A DNA stretch of 48,913 nucleotides, filler included, from Stramenopiles sp. TOSAG23-3 (taxonomy: Eukaryota): assembly GCA_900128585.1 (NCBI GenBank). It is 4 parts of 4 records of this genome, joined end to end, with 100 filler letters (N's around TTAATTAATTAA, not from the genome) between each part and the next. Parts side by side here need not be neighbours in the genome. Positions count along the whole stretch, not along the records: positions 22,443 to 44,739 come from LT642339.1; 3 more parts are not named here. One strand, written 5' to 3'. Shown in pieces: positions 34,401 to 42,522 of this stretch. Made by a program: the position numbers and the translations under genes. Each line of letters opens with the position of its first letter. Positions within the stretch are counted from its first letter, which is position 1. The notes below the pieces were generated by a model, which was given only the letters and a program-made list of their open reading frames with translations, ran no database searches and was not told the DNA's origin.

Positions 34401-36186
34401 CGTTCGTGGCCCGTTCACGATTGCCATAGTTGACAGCAACAATGCAGTGCTTGCCCTTTGGGAAGACATCGTCGAAGTGGCGGGTACATTGCGATTCCGA
34501 ATACCATCGTCTATACTGTCAAAGCTAAAAAACGATGTCTACAGAATAAGAATACAGTCATCAAACCGCGCACTCCGTTTCTCTAAGGGGTTTTACATTG
34601 TAAGCAGGAAGAGTCTGAACGTACTGCCGCGAACAAATATGGTTCGGGGTAGTACATTTTTTTTGGAATGGTCACAGCCTGAAAAACCGTTTATGTTGCG
34701 TTCGCGTTTCGTTCGGCGTGCGTTTATAGAAGGGTTTTCAGGCAGCTCGAAACGACGCTCTCGGCAGCTGTCTTCCAGCGAGGGTAAAATTATGTGGAAA
34801 ACTGCGCGGGGAGTTTCCTGCGTTCCGTTTATATGGGAAAACACGATGCAGAACCAGTGCGTTTCGGGTGTGAAACCGACAAAGTTTGATGGCCAGCCGT
34901 GGTGCGCAACGGCCGTGAATAAGGGTGGGGAACCAATAGCGACGGGTGTATGCCCCCAATTGGAAGTATTTGAAGTGCAGCCAGGAAAAGCGTCGGCCGA
35001 TTCAAAAGTCCTGGACACCAACACCGGATATGTGCGGGTAACACTCCCCGGGGGGTCAGCTTTACCAGGAGCTGGCGATGGCTACTATATGGAAATGTTT
35101 GATGGAAATACTGGAAACGTAGTTGCAAGATCGAACTCGTTTAGCATAGCGTGTTCGCCTTTCGAAATACAGTTCGAGTACGAGGCAGTAAATTCGTCTC
35201 TCTCGCAGTGCCACCAGCAAATAATCGACTCGACCGGATTTTCAAAGGACAAAGTTAAATTGACAAAGCAAGATGGGGCAGAGGCTACTGTGTGGTTGCT
35301 AACGGGTGGACTGGAAGACACGGACTTTTCGAATTGCCCCGAGCAAAAGCTTTCGACTATATCGAAACTCCCGTGTGTTCATCAAAGTTCGTTTTCCTTC
35401 AAAACCCTTGACCTGTATTCAGAGGCTCCACCACAGCCCGAAAGTAAAAGAAATCAAAACGCGGAAGACAATACGTTGCTTATAGTCGGTATTTCAATAG
35501 GGGCCATGGTCCTTATTGGAATCGTACTTGGCGCGTATTATATCCGCTCCCACAGAGAGCAGTTGCAAAAGATGTACGGGAAGTGGAAAACAGCAAAATT
35601 GACTTCAAAGACGGTTTATTATGTGAAACCAAGCACAGGAGAAACGAGCTGGCTGCCCAGCTTTTTTGCCGACAAACAACAACGTGAAGAGGACAGCACG
35701 CCAAATAAAGAAGTTGCTAATAAAGAAGTTGCTGGTCTCAGCTTGCCAGAGGGGTGGCACGAAGGAAAGGCTGACGACGGAAGAGTTTTCTATTTTCATG
35801 ACGATGGGGAAAGCACTTCTTGGGAACTCCCTCAAGGTCAGCCGAAGAAAACTGCAAAGCAGATCGATGCTGCGAAGTTGCCACCAGGTTGGCACAAAGA
35901 CATCGCTGCGGCTGGTAGAATTTATTACTGGCACGACGATGGGAAAACGACTTCGTGGGAGTTGCCAGATTGGATTCCGGAAGGTTGGGGCCTGAATCCT
36001 GGCGCCAATACTGGCACTCCAGGAACGTTGGCAAAGAGCTGGAAAAAGGTAGAAATAGGAGGGAACGGGAAAGAGATACACTACCACTACAACGAAGAAA
36101 CATGCCAATCTTCATGGGAGAACCCACAACAAAAGCAAGAACGCAAAAAGCCTGCAATAGCTACGGAAAAGGGCGACTGGTTGTAA
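28441..36186 (+). CDS. Giant ADAM/reprolysin (M12B)-like metalloprotease: prodomain, catalytic, disintegrin, EGF, about 13 Ig-like repeats, FN2, TM, 4 WW domains
   Basis: Signal peptide; HELGHTFGAGH plus Met-turn GVMDY; CGNSVVEEGEECD disintegrin; CSCAEGFSGNNCE EGF; repeated W..G..Y..S..F.I beta modules; FN2 CVPFIWEN...PWCAT; TM; WW motifs. First ATG at 28441; no introns needed. Confidence 0.9.
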   Translation: MQLYHDKAVKLQVVLLGVLYLLCSTQGSHSPAIETLVHGAHSAPEHFSHVHSVQLDDTGFKEDPWRVGVQKGRRLEELGSDGFPLPSTARTPPFGKHVFFSMAVEGRVNATFNKVKLKHHRNLVHEDAVLEFHDNGGSPRTVPFPNSVYHAKDDDGKRWIYLSMITQDRFKVWIHDHGQTIVVEPTQHIQKYPHHSRRRLKGFFDAHERKFGAFPKLLAYESNQFTAKQGECRRKLGSERWDNWKTRTDEKSAKPVSPTSNLGPYTPLDCGLTSLHIMQIGYGVDTGFFKRITGDTGTGSAEAYLEVAAEVAIMTALINPPYIQQFNVFLQIKYINAFHSTASGPSWNDEPLNWAQASGSTLRTYGCKHSRNGEGSSQYLQKIASWGSANIESTPCKNCGSFQVFTACYKPSGVMGIAFLGVVCKKSHFYGMNSYYTHGKQTMGTLAHELGHTFGAGHSTRGVMDYTTFDELRFWNEKWSGQTNNYADMCRAINSGKNGGWGRVTNCFLPLTNVGPSYTDRCGNSVVEEGEECDGGDCCTDKCKLKAAAQCDTTFTIMKKDGTHEEINDGCCTDQCKFELPTQQCNIMPTIHSNDVRVGVCMNGECRDFCKAPAKTGYRLYVNQCPSTILDPCKLRCASGSISSQNACKDGKEVNANIAEFLPAGTVCGVTPVLQRCSGTGKCCPDCQNGGAAITDANEHCACSCAEGFSGNNCENDDGGGSSPSPGPSLPPWVLINAPIKDAKWNVGAKNRPVPEIHQVLWQSGNVGSGTFTIEIELKVSGSVYKKATSLTSDAKDTGIYQIDLDALSDDLNTCGPYRIKMQLNSEGGASFYSQDFTIMPASEAVVSITLKNMDNGLGTTTLIKNGRTQITATRSCKDSSSFTVGFDLYRNGSKVKEINRVSGRNQNYVSQEWTVPIDLPVGSSHTILVKWSGLPAKHSEVVDVSTPSTPATVLVTVPKPFWVIDVVDDATIMWSTTGPIYYVNVDVCRVSDGVVMMSVGSNVPAAQGSIKFSVSNSDLPEKSKGYFARVSKADDSNVKGDSPPISTKPPPTGLEFTLTKITVSEQCLESSAPYIISWIATNAPKGEEVEIGYTREGTKIATVMARGVSATSLFHVFSAPVDIRPASYSFTVRSMLVPDEIYGTTSSFVTMRRELTVSILDQPDWHHGASALLQWTVTGCPLAKTLEMDVYLVDNIGNVVALLKHNLEIAAVGQGELKIDSVSSQWPGGKSYMVKVRNKANGRFWTSSKFMINAAEALEIKSITLPTEHSGKVVLAWKTEGYVPDVNIEIFKDGSLYKTLASLWPNAGKFMFSTKQYPSSSQYRVKIAGMGTTKPAAAISDPFALNEGSDLSIKILKPEFGRSYLAGETIGITYETKGGTGSGNVFVDVYLCDADGSTKLMNIFTKSQSPKNQKAVKQFSLPQNGSYLSASIGFRICIEKWQGNSGTSFNQNVKGAEHASQMFYIEALPSIEIASVTFTNIGEYMFIKWRSTGMPVRTLDIYLENVMGGEAGGTKHTLAADLQNIDQVRVLVPANSGIKNETDYTLRIEIRVPPSKIDTKTFSHSMLIRFASSSTHLSPKVLQPVASSAVSSSENLIIEWQASEGAAFATVTMEQFGTATRNSLLTTLASSAASTGYLKIDLSSHSVIPNLRNVVQVKISDKNSQVIHELTSEVFSITEPEAKVEIISVSGGERAGLLPYKIVFGRPFDFLWSIQGNVGSVALELWECETAGCYNSEFAMSIDSVDSSNYLNKSKHELKTSWTPSSWTQPPKVDGFYRVVVRSIQYSNKYFATSPEILTVSPNICIIGEGGCSNVQIRLLVDSPTQDQVVMTGSLVHINWKIIVSNPNEWRPPTYVSISLRRNGKHVLTIAPEVENTGSYAWPVSEALEGNDKYSVIVKAVTVSGSSKAVACPNTNAAQDGSCQSGLFRVRSLNTAGAIRELFLTLEQENRDDSSGWSPVSDGSALHTNVVSVGQFLRVSWFSVGSVRGPFTIAIVDSNNAVLALWEDIVEVAGTLRFRIPSSILSKLKNDVYRIRIQSSNRALRFSKGFYIVSRKSLNVLPRTNMVRGSTFFLEWSQPEKPFMLRSRFVRRAFIEGFSGSSKRRSRQLSSSEGKIMWKTARGVSCVPFIWENTMQNQCVSGVKPTKFDGQPWCATAVNKGGEPIATGVCPQLEVFEVQPGKASADSKVLDTNTGYVRVTLPGGSALPGAGDGYYMEMFDGNTGNVVARSNSFSIACSPFEIQFEYEAVNSSLSQCHQQIIDSTGFSKDKVKLTKQDGAEATVWLLTGGLEDTDFSNCPEQKLSTISKLPCVHQSSFSFKTLDLYSEAPPQPESKRNQNAEDNTLLIVGISIGAMVLIGIVLGAYYIRSHREQLQKMYGKWKTAKLTSKTVYYVKPSTGETSWLPSFFADKQQREEDSTPNKEVANKEVAGLSLPEGWHEGKADDGRVFYFHDDGESTSWELPQGQPKKTAKQIDAAKLPPGWHKDIAAAGRIYYWHDDGKTTSWELPDWIPEGWGLNPGANTGTPGTLAKSWKKVEIGGNGKEIHYHYNEETCQSSWENPQQKQERKKPAIATEKGDWL

Positions 36187-36330
36187 GTTAAATTTGGGCG
36201 CACGGCGGGGGTAATCGGGGGTGGCATGTAATACCAGCTTTTCATAATATCAAAAAAAACAAATTATATAGTATGTTTTAAGACTCTCAAAAAAGAAAAG
36301 AAAAAAGAAGGTAAAACCGTTCAAGAACCC

Positions 36331-36452
36331 NNNNNNNNNNNNNNNNNNNNNNNNNNNNNNNNNNNNNNNNNNNNNNNNNNNNNNNNNNNNNNNNNNNNNN
36401 NNNNNNNNNNNNNNNNNNNNNNNNNNNNNNNNNNNNNNNNNNNNNNNNNNNN
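36331..36452. other. Assembly gap (N run)
   Basis: Run of n characters. Confidence 1.
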
Positions 36453-36765
36453 ATCCAAGTCTACTAAGAGTATCATGGATTTTCCACTTCAGGGCGTATT
36501 CGTATTCATCATTCAAACTATCGTAAAATTGCCATAATAATATCATATACTTATTACTCGTCAACAAACTAGTGTAAAAATTATGTTATTTGTTACACGT
36601 TTTATTCCGCGAATAAATTAAATAATAGAAAATTGGCTGCTATTTAAGTAATTAAAATTAATGTACTGCGAACTGAACTCTAGATTTAAATAAATTATCC
36701 TATTTACTAGATATAGTCAGGGGTAGCTGCGTGTTTTGATCAACAGTTTTGCAGTCGACAACAAC

Positions 36766-39474
36766 TTACGCCCGTCTCCCGAAAGCAACACTCGTGCCCA
36801 CCGCCACCTTTTCTTTCTTTGCTAGAACGTTTTTGGCCAGTGCTTTTGCCTGCTGCTCTTGCAAGGGGTTCTTCTTGTGCCCCAACGCTACGGCTATGGC
36901 AGAAGGACTGTTTTTCCCTCTGTTTAAGTTGCCAAGGGATGGCAAATCTCCGCGCACAGCAAGAAACAATAACAATATTGTACCGGTGTAGACAAACACC
37001 AAAACAAAAGACAGAATGCATGCAATTTGCGCGGTCAACCCTTTTAGCGCGTCTCCACAATTCAGGGCACTCATGGATAAAGATACCAGGCTTAAAAAGT
37101 CAAACACCAAAAACACTTGGAAATATTTCTTGTCGGGTCCAAAGTATTTGTCTCGTTTGCCTTTGTCCAAGATCGATGCCGACAATTGGACGCTAGCGAC
37201 CAAAATGTGCACGGACGATATGGTGCACAAGGCTATGGCAGATGCATGCATTGCAAAGAATGGGCTAATTGCTACAAGCACCAAAATAGCAATCGAAGCC
37301 AAAACCTGGGCTGCGCGGCAATTTCGCATCAATCTATCGCCTTTCCCACGGTGAGTTCTTAGCTCCGCGCCAAGGCCAGCATCTGGGGCCCCATCAACGT
37401 GCCATGCTGCGTACGTAAGAAACGACGAAATGCAACAGAGTATACACGTAAGGAACATGCATGTTTGCATAAATATGAACGTAGTCTTTGGCGCGGGGTT
37501 AAAGTTTTTTGTCTCTATGGAAGAGACAGTCACCGCAGAAATACCCGTCAACATTACAAACGAAAGATCAAGGAATGCGAAGACGCAAATTGCAGTATGA
37601 TTCTTTGTAAATTGGTCTGCGCTGAACCCGATCTTGATACACTTTTGCCGACCCAAAAGTTTAAACGTGGCCCAAAGAAAGAGAAGAAAGTGCGAACTTA
37701 TCCACCACTGGGACAACCAACTGGACTCAAAATCTGTCATTGCAAACAGGATTGAGAACACCACTATCGACGCGACAGCTTGTGACACATAGAGGGCTAC
37801 ATACGCGCACGTTTTCTTCAAAGAAAACCGATCCATCGTTCGATCTACCGCGGTGTTCTTACGAGATCGCGTGTGTTTCAAATGGGAAGGAAATTTTGCC
37901 GAAAACTTTCCCGACCGATGGGCATTGTCTAACTGGCGAGAGAACCGACCTTCGAAAAGCGCGTGGTGGGCGTTTGCGAAGAATAGTACAGCCAGGAAAA
38001 CAAACACCACGGTTCCCCCGACCAACCCACCTTCGTAATTTATTTCCCCGACCAACTCTATCGCTGGTATGGCACGCACGCGGGACCGCACCTCCCAGCC
38101 AGGCGATATGAATGCCGTGTCGCACTCTTTTGACAAGTAGCAGTTGGTCTTTTCAAGCTGCGTCACGTCGTAGTTGGGGACATCCCTGGGGCGTTTTGAA
38201 GTCTCATCGAGCATGCCTGCCGGCGCGCATAAATTCCCGTAACCCGCATACTTTTGCAACTCGGTCTTTGGGGGACAATCGGGTTTGTCTCCCGTTTTGT
38301 AAGGCTTTTCTCCAGTAAATTTTGCAGCTGCAACATAGTTGCATACAATAAGCGTACCTCCGAAAGCGAGGTTTGCAATTGTAGGGCACTTTGCAACCCC
38401 ACAGCCAACGCGGTTCGATGTAGCCCAAATGGCTTGGATGTAGTGCCGACACTGGCTTGGGTGCGTGCACTGCCCAGAGCCATACGCATAGTCATTCCCT
38501 TCATCGTTCCACAAATCAACGCTTAACGTGGGGCTCATGTCAAATCCGACCGCTAGATTTTCTCCTACTTGTCCTTTCCCGCCTTCGCTCTGGTAGTCAT
38601 TATCACGATTGTCGTTCTTATTCCACGCACACAAATTGGCGTGCTCTTGTGCGACCTTTTGCAGTTTTTCGTCCCAGGCCATATATTCCATGTTAGTGTG
38701 GTCTTTCGTCGACGCGCGCCATTTGTTATGGGCCTGTAAAAAAGCACTCTTGTCCTGCTCGCTCACCGAGCCCGTGCCCATGTCCAGAGAACGCCCTTTC
38801 CGCATCCGGGGCTGGGGCGCATCGTTGGACTTATGCTGGTCCCCAAAGTTGCGTTTGGTCAATTCTGAAGCCCCTCGGCTGCTACTAATTACAATTGTAC
38901 CGACCTTATCAGAGGCCCGCGAAAGTTGCCGCCGACTTTCGCACGTAGGCAACTGCCATGAGCCACTGCGATAGTCTGCATTCGTGCACGCAGGGCATTC
39001 TGCTACGGTTTTTCCGTGGCACGGAGGGCGGCAGTTTGCAATTGGCTGAGGGCACCCTTGACTTGAGGACGATACGCACAGCTTCATGTAAGGGCAGCAG
39101 AACCCCCCCGTTTCACACTGGTCATGACTGAGGCATTTTGAACAATCGTTTTTAACGCTGTTCTTCGCAATGCACTTCGTTTCTTTGTTCTCTGGGTCTT
39201 TCAGAAAGTTTGCGTCCGTCGAAGTGATGGGCTTGTTGTCCTTGCTGCACTGCATCGGGGCATTCAGCTTGTCCTCGTCCGACGTTTTGAACGTAACATA
39301 TCGGCACCATTTATGCTTTGAGCACTCAAGCTGGCAGTTTGAGAGACTATCGACGCTTGGAACAACCAAAGCAGGCTTGTTGCACACTTGGTTATCGCCT
39401 CTGCTGTCGAAGCTTATTGGGCAGGATAGGCCACCCTCTGCCAGGAAGAGCAGGAAGAGCAAACGAACCATCAT
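36766..39474 (-). CDS. Secretory-pathway membrane protein: PAN/apple-like, Cys-rich module and CAP (SCP/PR-1) domain, followed by about 9 TM helices (two MARVEL-like 4-TM units)
   Basis: Signal peptide; CAP motifs FLQAHNKWRA, WDEKL...AQEHANLC, GENLA, WNDE, HYIQAIWATSNRVGCG, LIVCNY; one TM followed by two 4-TM blocks. Confidence 0.8.
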   Translation of the reverse strand: MMVRLLFLLFLAEGGLSCPISFDSRGDNQVCNKPALVVPSVDSLSNCQLECSKHKWCRYVTFKTSDEDKLNAPMQCSKDNKPITSTDANFLKDPENKETKCIAKNSVKNDCSKCLSHDQCETGGFCCPYMKLCVSSSSQGCPQPIANCRPPCHGKTVAECPACTNADYRSGSWQLPTCESRRQLSRASDKVGTIVISSSRGASELTKRNFGDQHKSNDAPQPRMRKGRSLDMGTGSVSEQDKSAFLQAHNKWRASTKDHTNMEYMAWDEKLQKVAQEHANLCAWNKNDNRDNDYQSEGGKGQVGENLAVGFDMSPTLSVDLWNDEGNDYAYGSGQCTHPSQCRHYIQAIWATSNRVGCGVAKCPTIANLAFGGTLIVCNYVAAAKFTGEKPYKTGDKPDCPPKTELQKYAGYGNLCAPAGMLDETSKRPRDVPNYDVTQLEKTNCYLSKECDTAFISPGWEVRSRVRAIPAIELVGEINYEGGLVGGTVVFVFLAVLFFANAHHALFEGRFSRQLDNAHRSGKFSAKFPSHLKHTRSRKNTAVDRTMDRFSLKKTCAYVALYVSQAVASIVVFSILFAMTDFESSWLSQWWISSHFLLFLWATFKLLGRQKCIKIGFSADQFTKNHTAICVFAFLDLSFVMLTGISAVTVSSIETKNFNPAPKTTFIFMQTCMFLTCILCCISSFLTYAAWHVDGAPDAGLGAELRTHRGKGDRLMRNCRAAQVLASIAILVLVAISPFFAMHASAIALCTISSVHILVASVQLSASILDKGKRDKYFGPDKKYFQVFLVFDFLSLVSLSMSALNCGDALKGLTAQIACILSFVLVFVYTGTILLLFLAVRGDLPSLGNLNRGKNSPSAIAVALGHKKNPLQEQQAKALAKNVLAKKEKVAVGTSVAFGRRA

Positions 39475-40422
39475 GTTTTGCAGAATGATGTGTTGCTTTG
39501 TCGAATGGTCTGCAATGAGAAAATGAACCTGTGGCGATGCGGTCTCCTTTGGACACGCCGGGAAACTGCTTTCACAAGCAACACGTCACTCTAAGCACGC
39601 CACTCTCAACGCAATTGTACTTGTACGAAGAAGGGATATACAAAACGGAAAGCTAGTAGCTGCTAGGAGGGATACCGTACCGGTAGCAATAATAATAGTA
39701 ATAATTATAGACACTTAAATTATTATCCACAGTACGGTAGCGTCGTCGTCTTCTCTCGCGTTTCTAGCTGTAATATTGTGTGCATATTTATTTTTCTCTT
39801 CATTCATTCATTCATCACGATAATCCTCGTAGATAATACCAATAATTAAATAAAATGGGACGCCAGACGCCAGTATAAGTTAAAAACTCACCCCACAGCA
39901 GCATAGTGCAATGTAATAAAATTTTAAATCTTAAGAAAGTGGAGTGGACTCATAATGACATCATTACAATTTAATAAATATATAGATAATATCTTTTTTT
40001 TTTCATCAAAAAAACAACCACCACCACCACCATCATTTAAATATTTTTATAAAAAAATTAGTTTAGAAGAAGATCGTCGATCTTCTTTTTTTTCTTCTTC
40101 TTCATCATTCTCTCTCCTCGATCTTTTTTTGATTAATATAAACACAGCAACAATAAAAATTTATTTCCATTATTTTATAGCTGCTGTATTTAGTCCGTAT
40201 AACTATTCTTCTTCTCCGCGATGATAAGCACAAAGAAGGGTTGGAAACAACAGCAATGGGCAGAAGGCAGAAGACCATCAATCGGAATTTCCTAGTTGGT
40301 CGTGCGTGCCTCAAATTACGACTGAATAAAAATTTAAAATTCGTTTTGTAAATTACACAATATTACTGAAGTAATTCAAAAAGTTTAAAACAAAAAATGT
40401 GATGGGCTGTGTCGCCAGGCCA

Positions 40423-41737
40423 TTAAGCAGGGTTGTCCACCTTCGCCTCTGCCATTGGGTTCTTCTGCATATTCGCTGCGTCCCCCTTTTCCGTCACGCT
40501 CGCTGGAGTTTCACGGCAGAACGCGCACGCCAACTTTGGAAAAGGAGTCCAGCGCAACCCAACAAGGACGCAACCAACGAGCATAAGCACGATGCCCCCT
40601 GAGATGGCCCAGCCCCCCCCCCTCAGGGACATACACCCACTCTTGAAAGAAAAACACCCCTCCCAACATTGTGAGGGCCGAAACGACACCGTATTCGATG
40701 GGGAGAACGCGGGAGACAGGCAGGTTGAGCAATGCTTTGCGCAGCCACCATACCTGGCCGCCCATTAAACAAATAAGGGAACATCCCATGATCCAGAAAA
40801 TTGGAAAAGAAATCTGCGAGTCGCCATCAAGGCTGCGATAGAACAAACGCGAGGCCGCTACTAGGCAGACAGTCATCAACGACTCGATCACGCCTACGAC
40901 CATCGGGTAGGCAAACGGCATAAAAATTAGTCGATACCGGGCACAACCCCTCTTCGGTAACACCCGGTCCAACGATGCAAGCGTGTACCTCCTCGGAATG
41001 GTATTGGATCCCTCACTATCACTGCTAGGAAGCGGCCCACTCACTTTATCCTCCAGGACCGTCAGCTCAACCTCTTGGTTCAAACTTTTTCGATTTGCCT
41101 GAACCGGGCTTGGGCTTGGGCTCTCACTGAAACGTTTCCGGTTGACTCGGATGGGGCTTGAGAGTGGGCTCCCCGTAATCCTCCGACCGTATTCGTCCCG
41201 CTCTATTTCTCGCACGGCGTACACGAGCCGTTCGTGCCAGAGAAGCATTGTAAGGAGGCCCAGTAGCAGAACAATCGTGAACACTAAGTATGCTATTCCC
41301 GTGGGTTCCTCAAATAGCGCGTTGAGTTGCACCGCATCGTGATCTACGCTCGTGGTTGGTCCCCAAGCCTGGGCCAGCGCTATTCCGATCAAAATAAGGA
41401 AACCGCCATGGTAGTCGCATACCACGAGGCGCTCCCCAAGCAGGATTCGCGCTATGATCCCGTTCCACACGACTATAGTCCCCATGAGTGCAGAACACAA
41501 GGTTGCTGGCGCCAGCGTTACCGCATACGTATAGAACATGTTTCCTGTAAAGTAGATCCCCCAACCCATCCCCCAAACAGCGTATCCCCGGGAGATACAG
41601 CCGCACCGTTCACCTTTCGGTTCAACTATCACAAGGCCGTACCGCTGGAAGTTCGACCCAAGCGCAATGCAGCCGGTCGCCAACAGGCAGAGCAAGAGCC
41701 CCATGGCCACACGGAACCCTGAACTTTCATCTGCCAT
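40423..41737 (-). CDS. NIPA-family (DMT) Mg2+ transporter, with a +1 frameshift in a G10 run at 40613-40622
   Basis: CIALGSNFQRYG, WGMGWGIY, APATLCSALM...ARILLGERL, GGVFFFQE. The last TM (WAISGGIVLMLVGCVLVG) lies in the neighbouring frame (track ORF 40423-40689). First ATG at 41737. Confidence 0.8.
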
Positions 41738-41899
41738 ATCGAACAAATATCGTTTTTCTTCGTGGTCATCTGATTAGCTGTTCTATCCATCCAATTCTTT
41801 AAAAACAAAAAGCCTTTCTCTTCTTTTCATTAAAATGACATTACCCTATAAAATGAAAGAAATTATCAATATATAAAAAGATCGGAGAAGAAGAAAGAA

Positions 41900-42072
41900 G
41901 ATCCTCCTTCTTCTTCTTCTTTTTTTTCTTTTCTTCTTCTTCTTCTTCTTCTTCTTTTTTTTCTCTTCTGCTGCTCTTCTTCTTCTTCTTCTTTTTTTTT
42001 TCTTCTTCTTTCTTGTTGCTTCTTCTTCTTTCATTGTTATTTATCTTCTTTCTTTGTTTTTTTCTTCTTCTC
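41900..42072 (+). repeat. Imperfect (CTT)n/poly-T pyrimidine tract in a divergent intergenic region
   Basis: Long runs of ttcttcttc; these generate the spurious K/R/E ORF 41846-42034. Confidence 0.85.
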
Positions 42073-42522
42073 TCTGCTGCATGTTCATTTGAATGATTGG
42101 TACGGTACCATACCTGTAGTACGGTATAATACCAAGGAGGTAATATTAATATACGTACGAGGAGCGAGGAGCGAGGAGGAGGAAAATAATAATATTATTA
42201 TTAAAATAATATGATGTTGTAGTAGGAGGATGGGTGTCGTGAGCTCATTATAATACCGGCGGTAAATATATCGATCTCTTCTTCTTCTTCTACTTCAATA
42301 AAAAATGATGATGATGTTGAATGTTGAATTCACTCAATTATTCAAGAAGTTTTATTTGTTTATTATATATTATTCAAATGTTGCGTATGATGATTGAGGG
42401 AAAAATTATTGCGGCCATTGCTTAGAAATACAAATAAGTGAGTTTCTAGTAGTATTTTTTATGAAGCTTTCATTTCGATTAGTACAGTTTAATACGCATT
42501 AGTTTAAAAAAGGTACAGTTGC

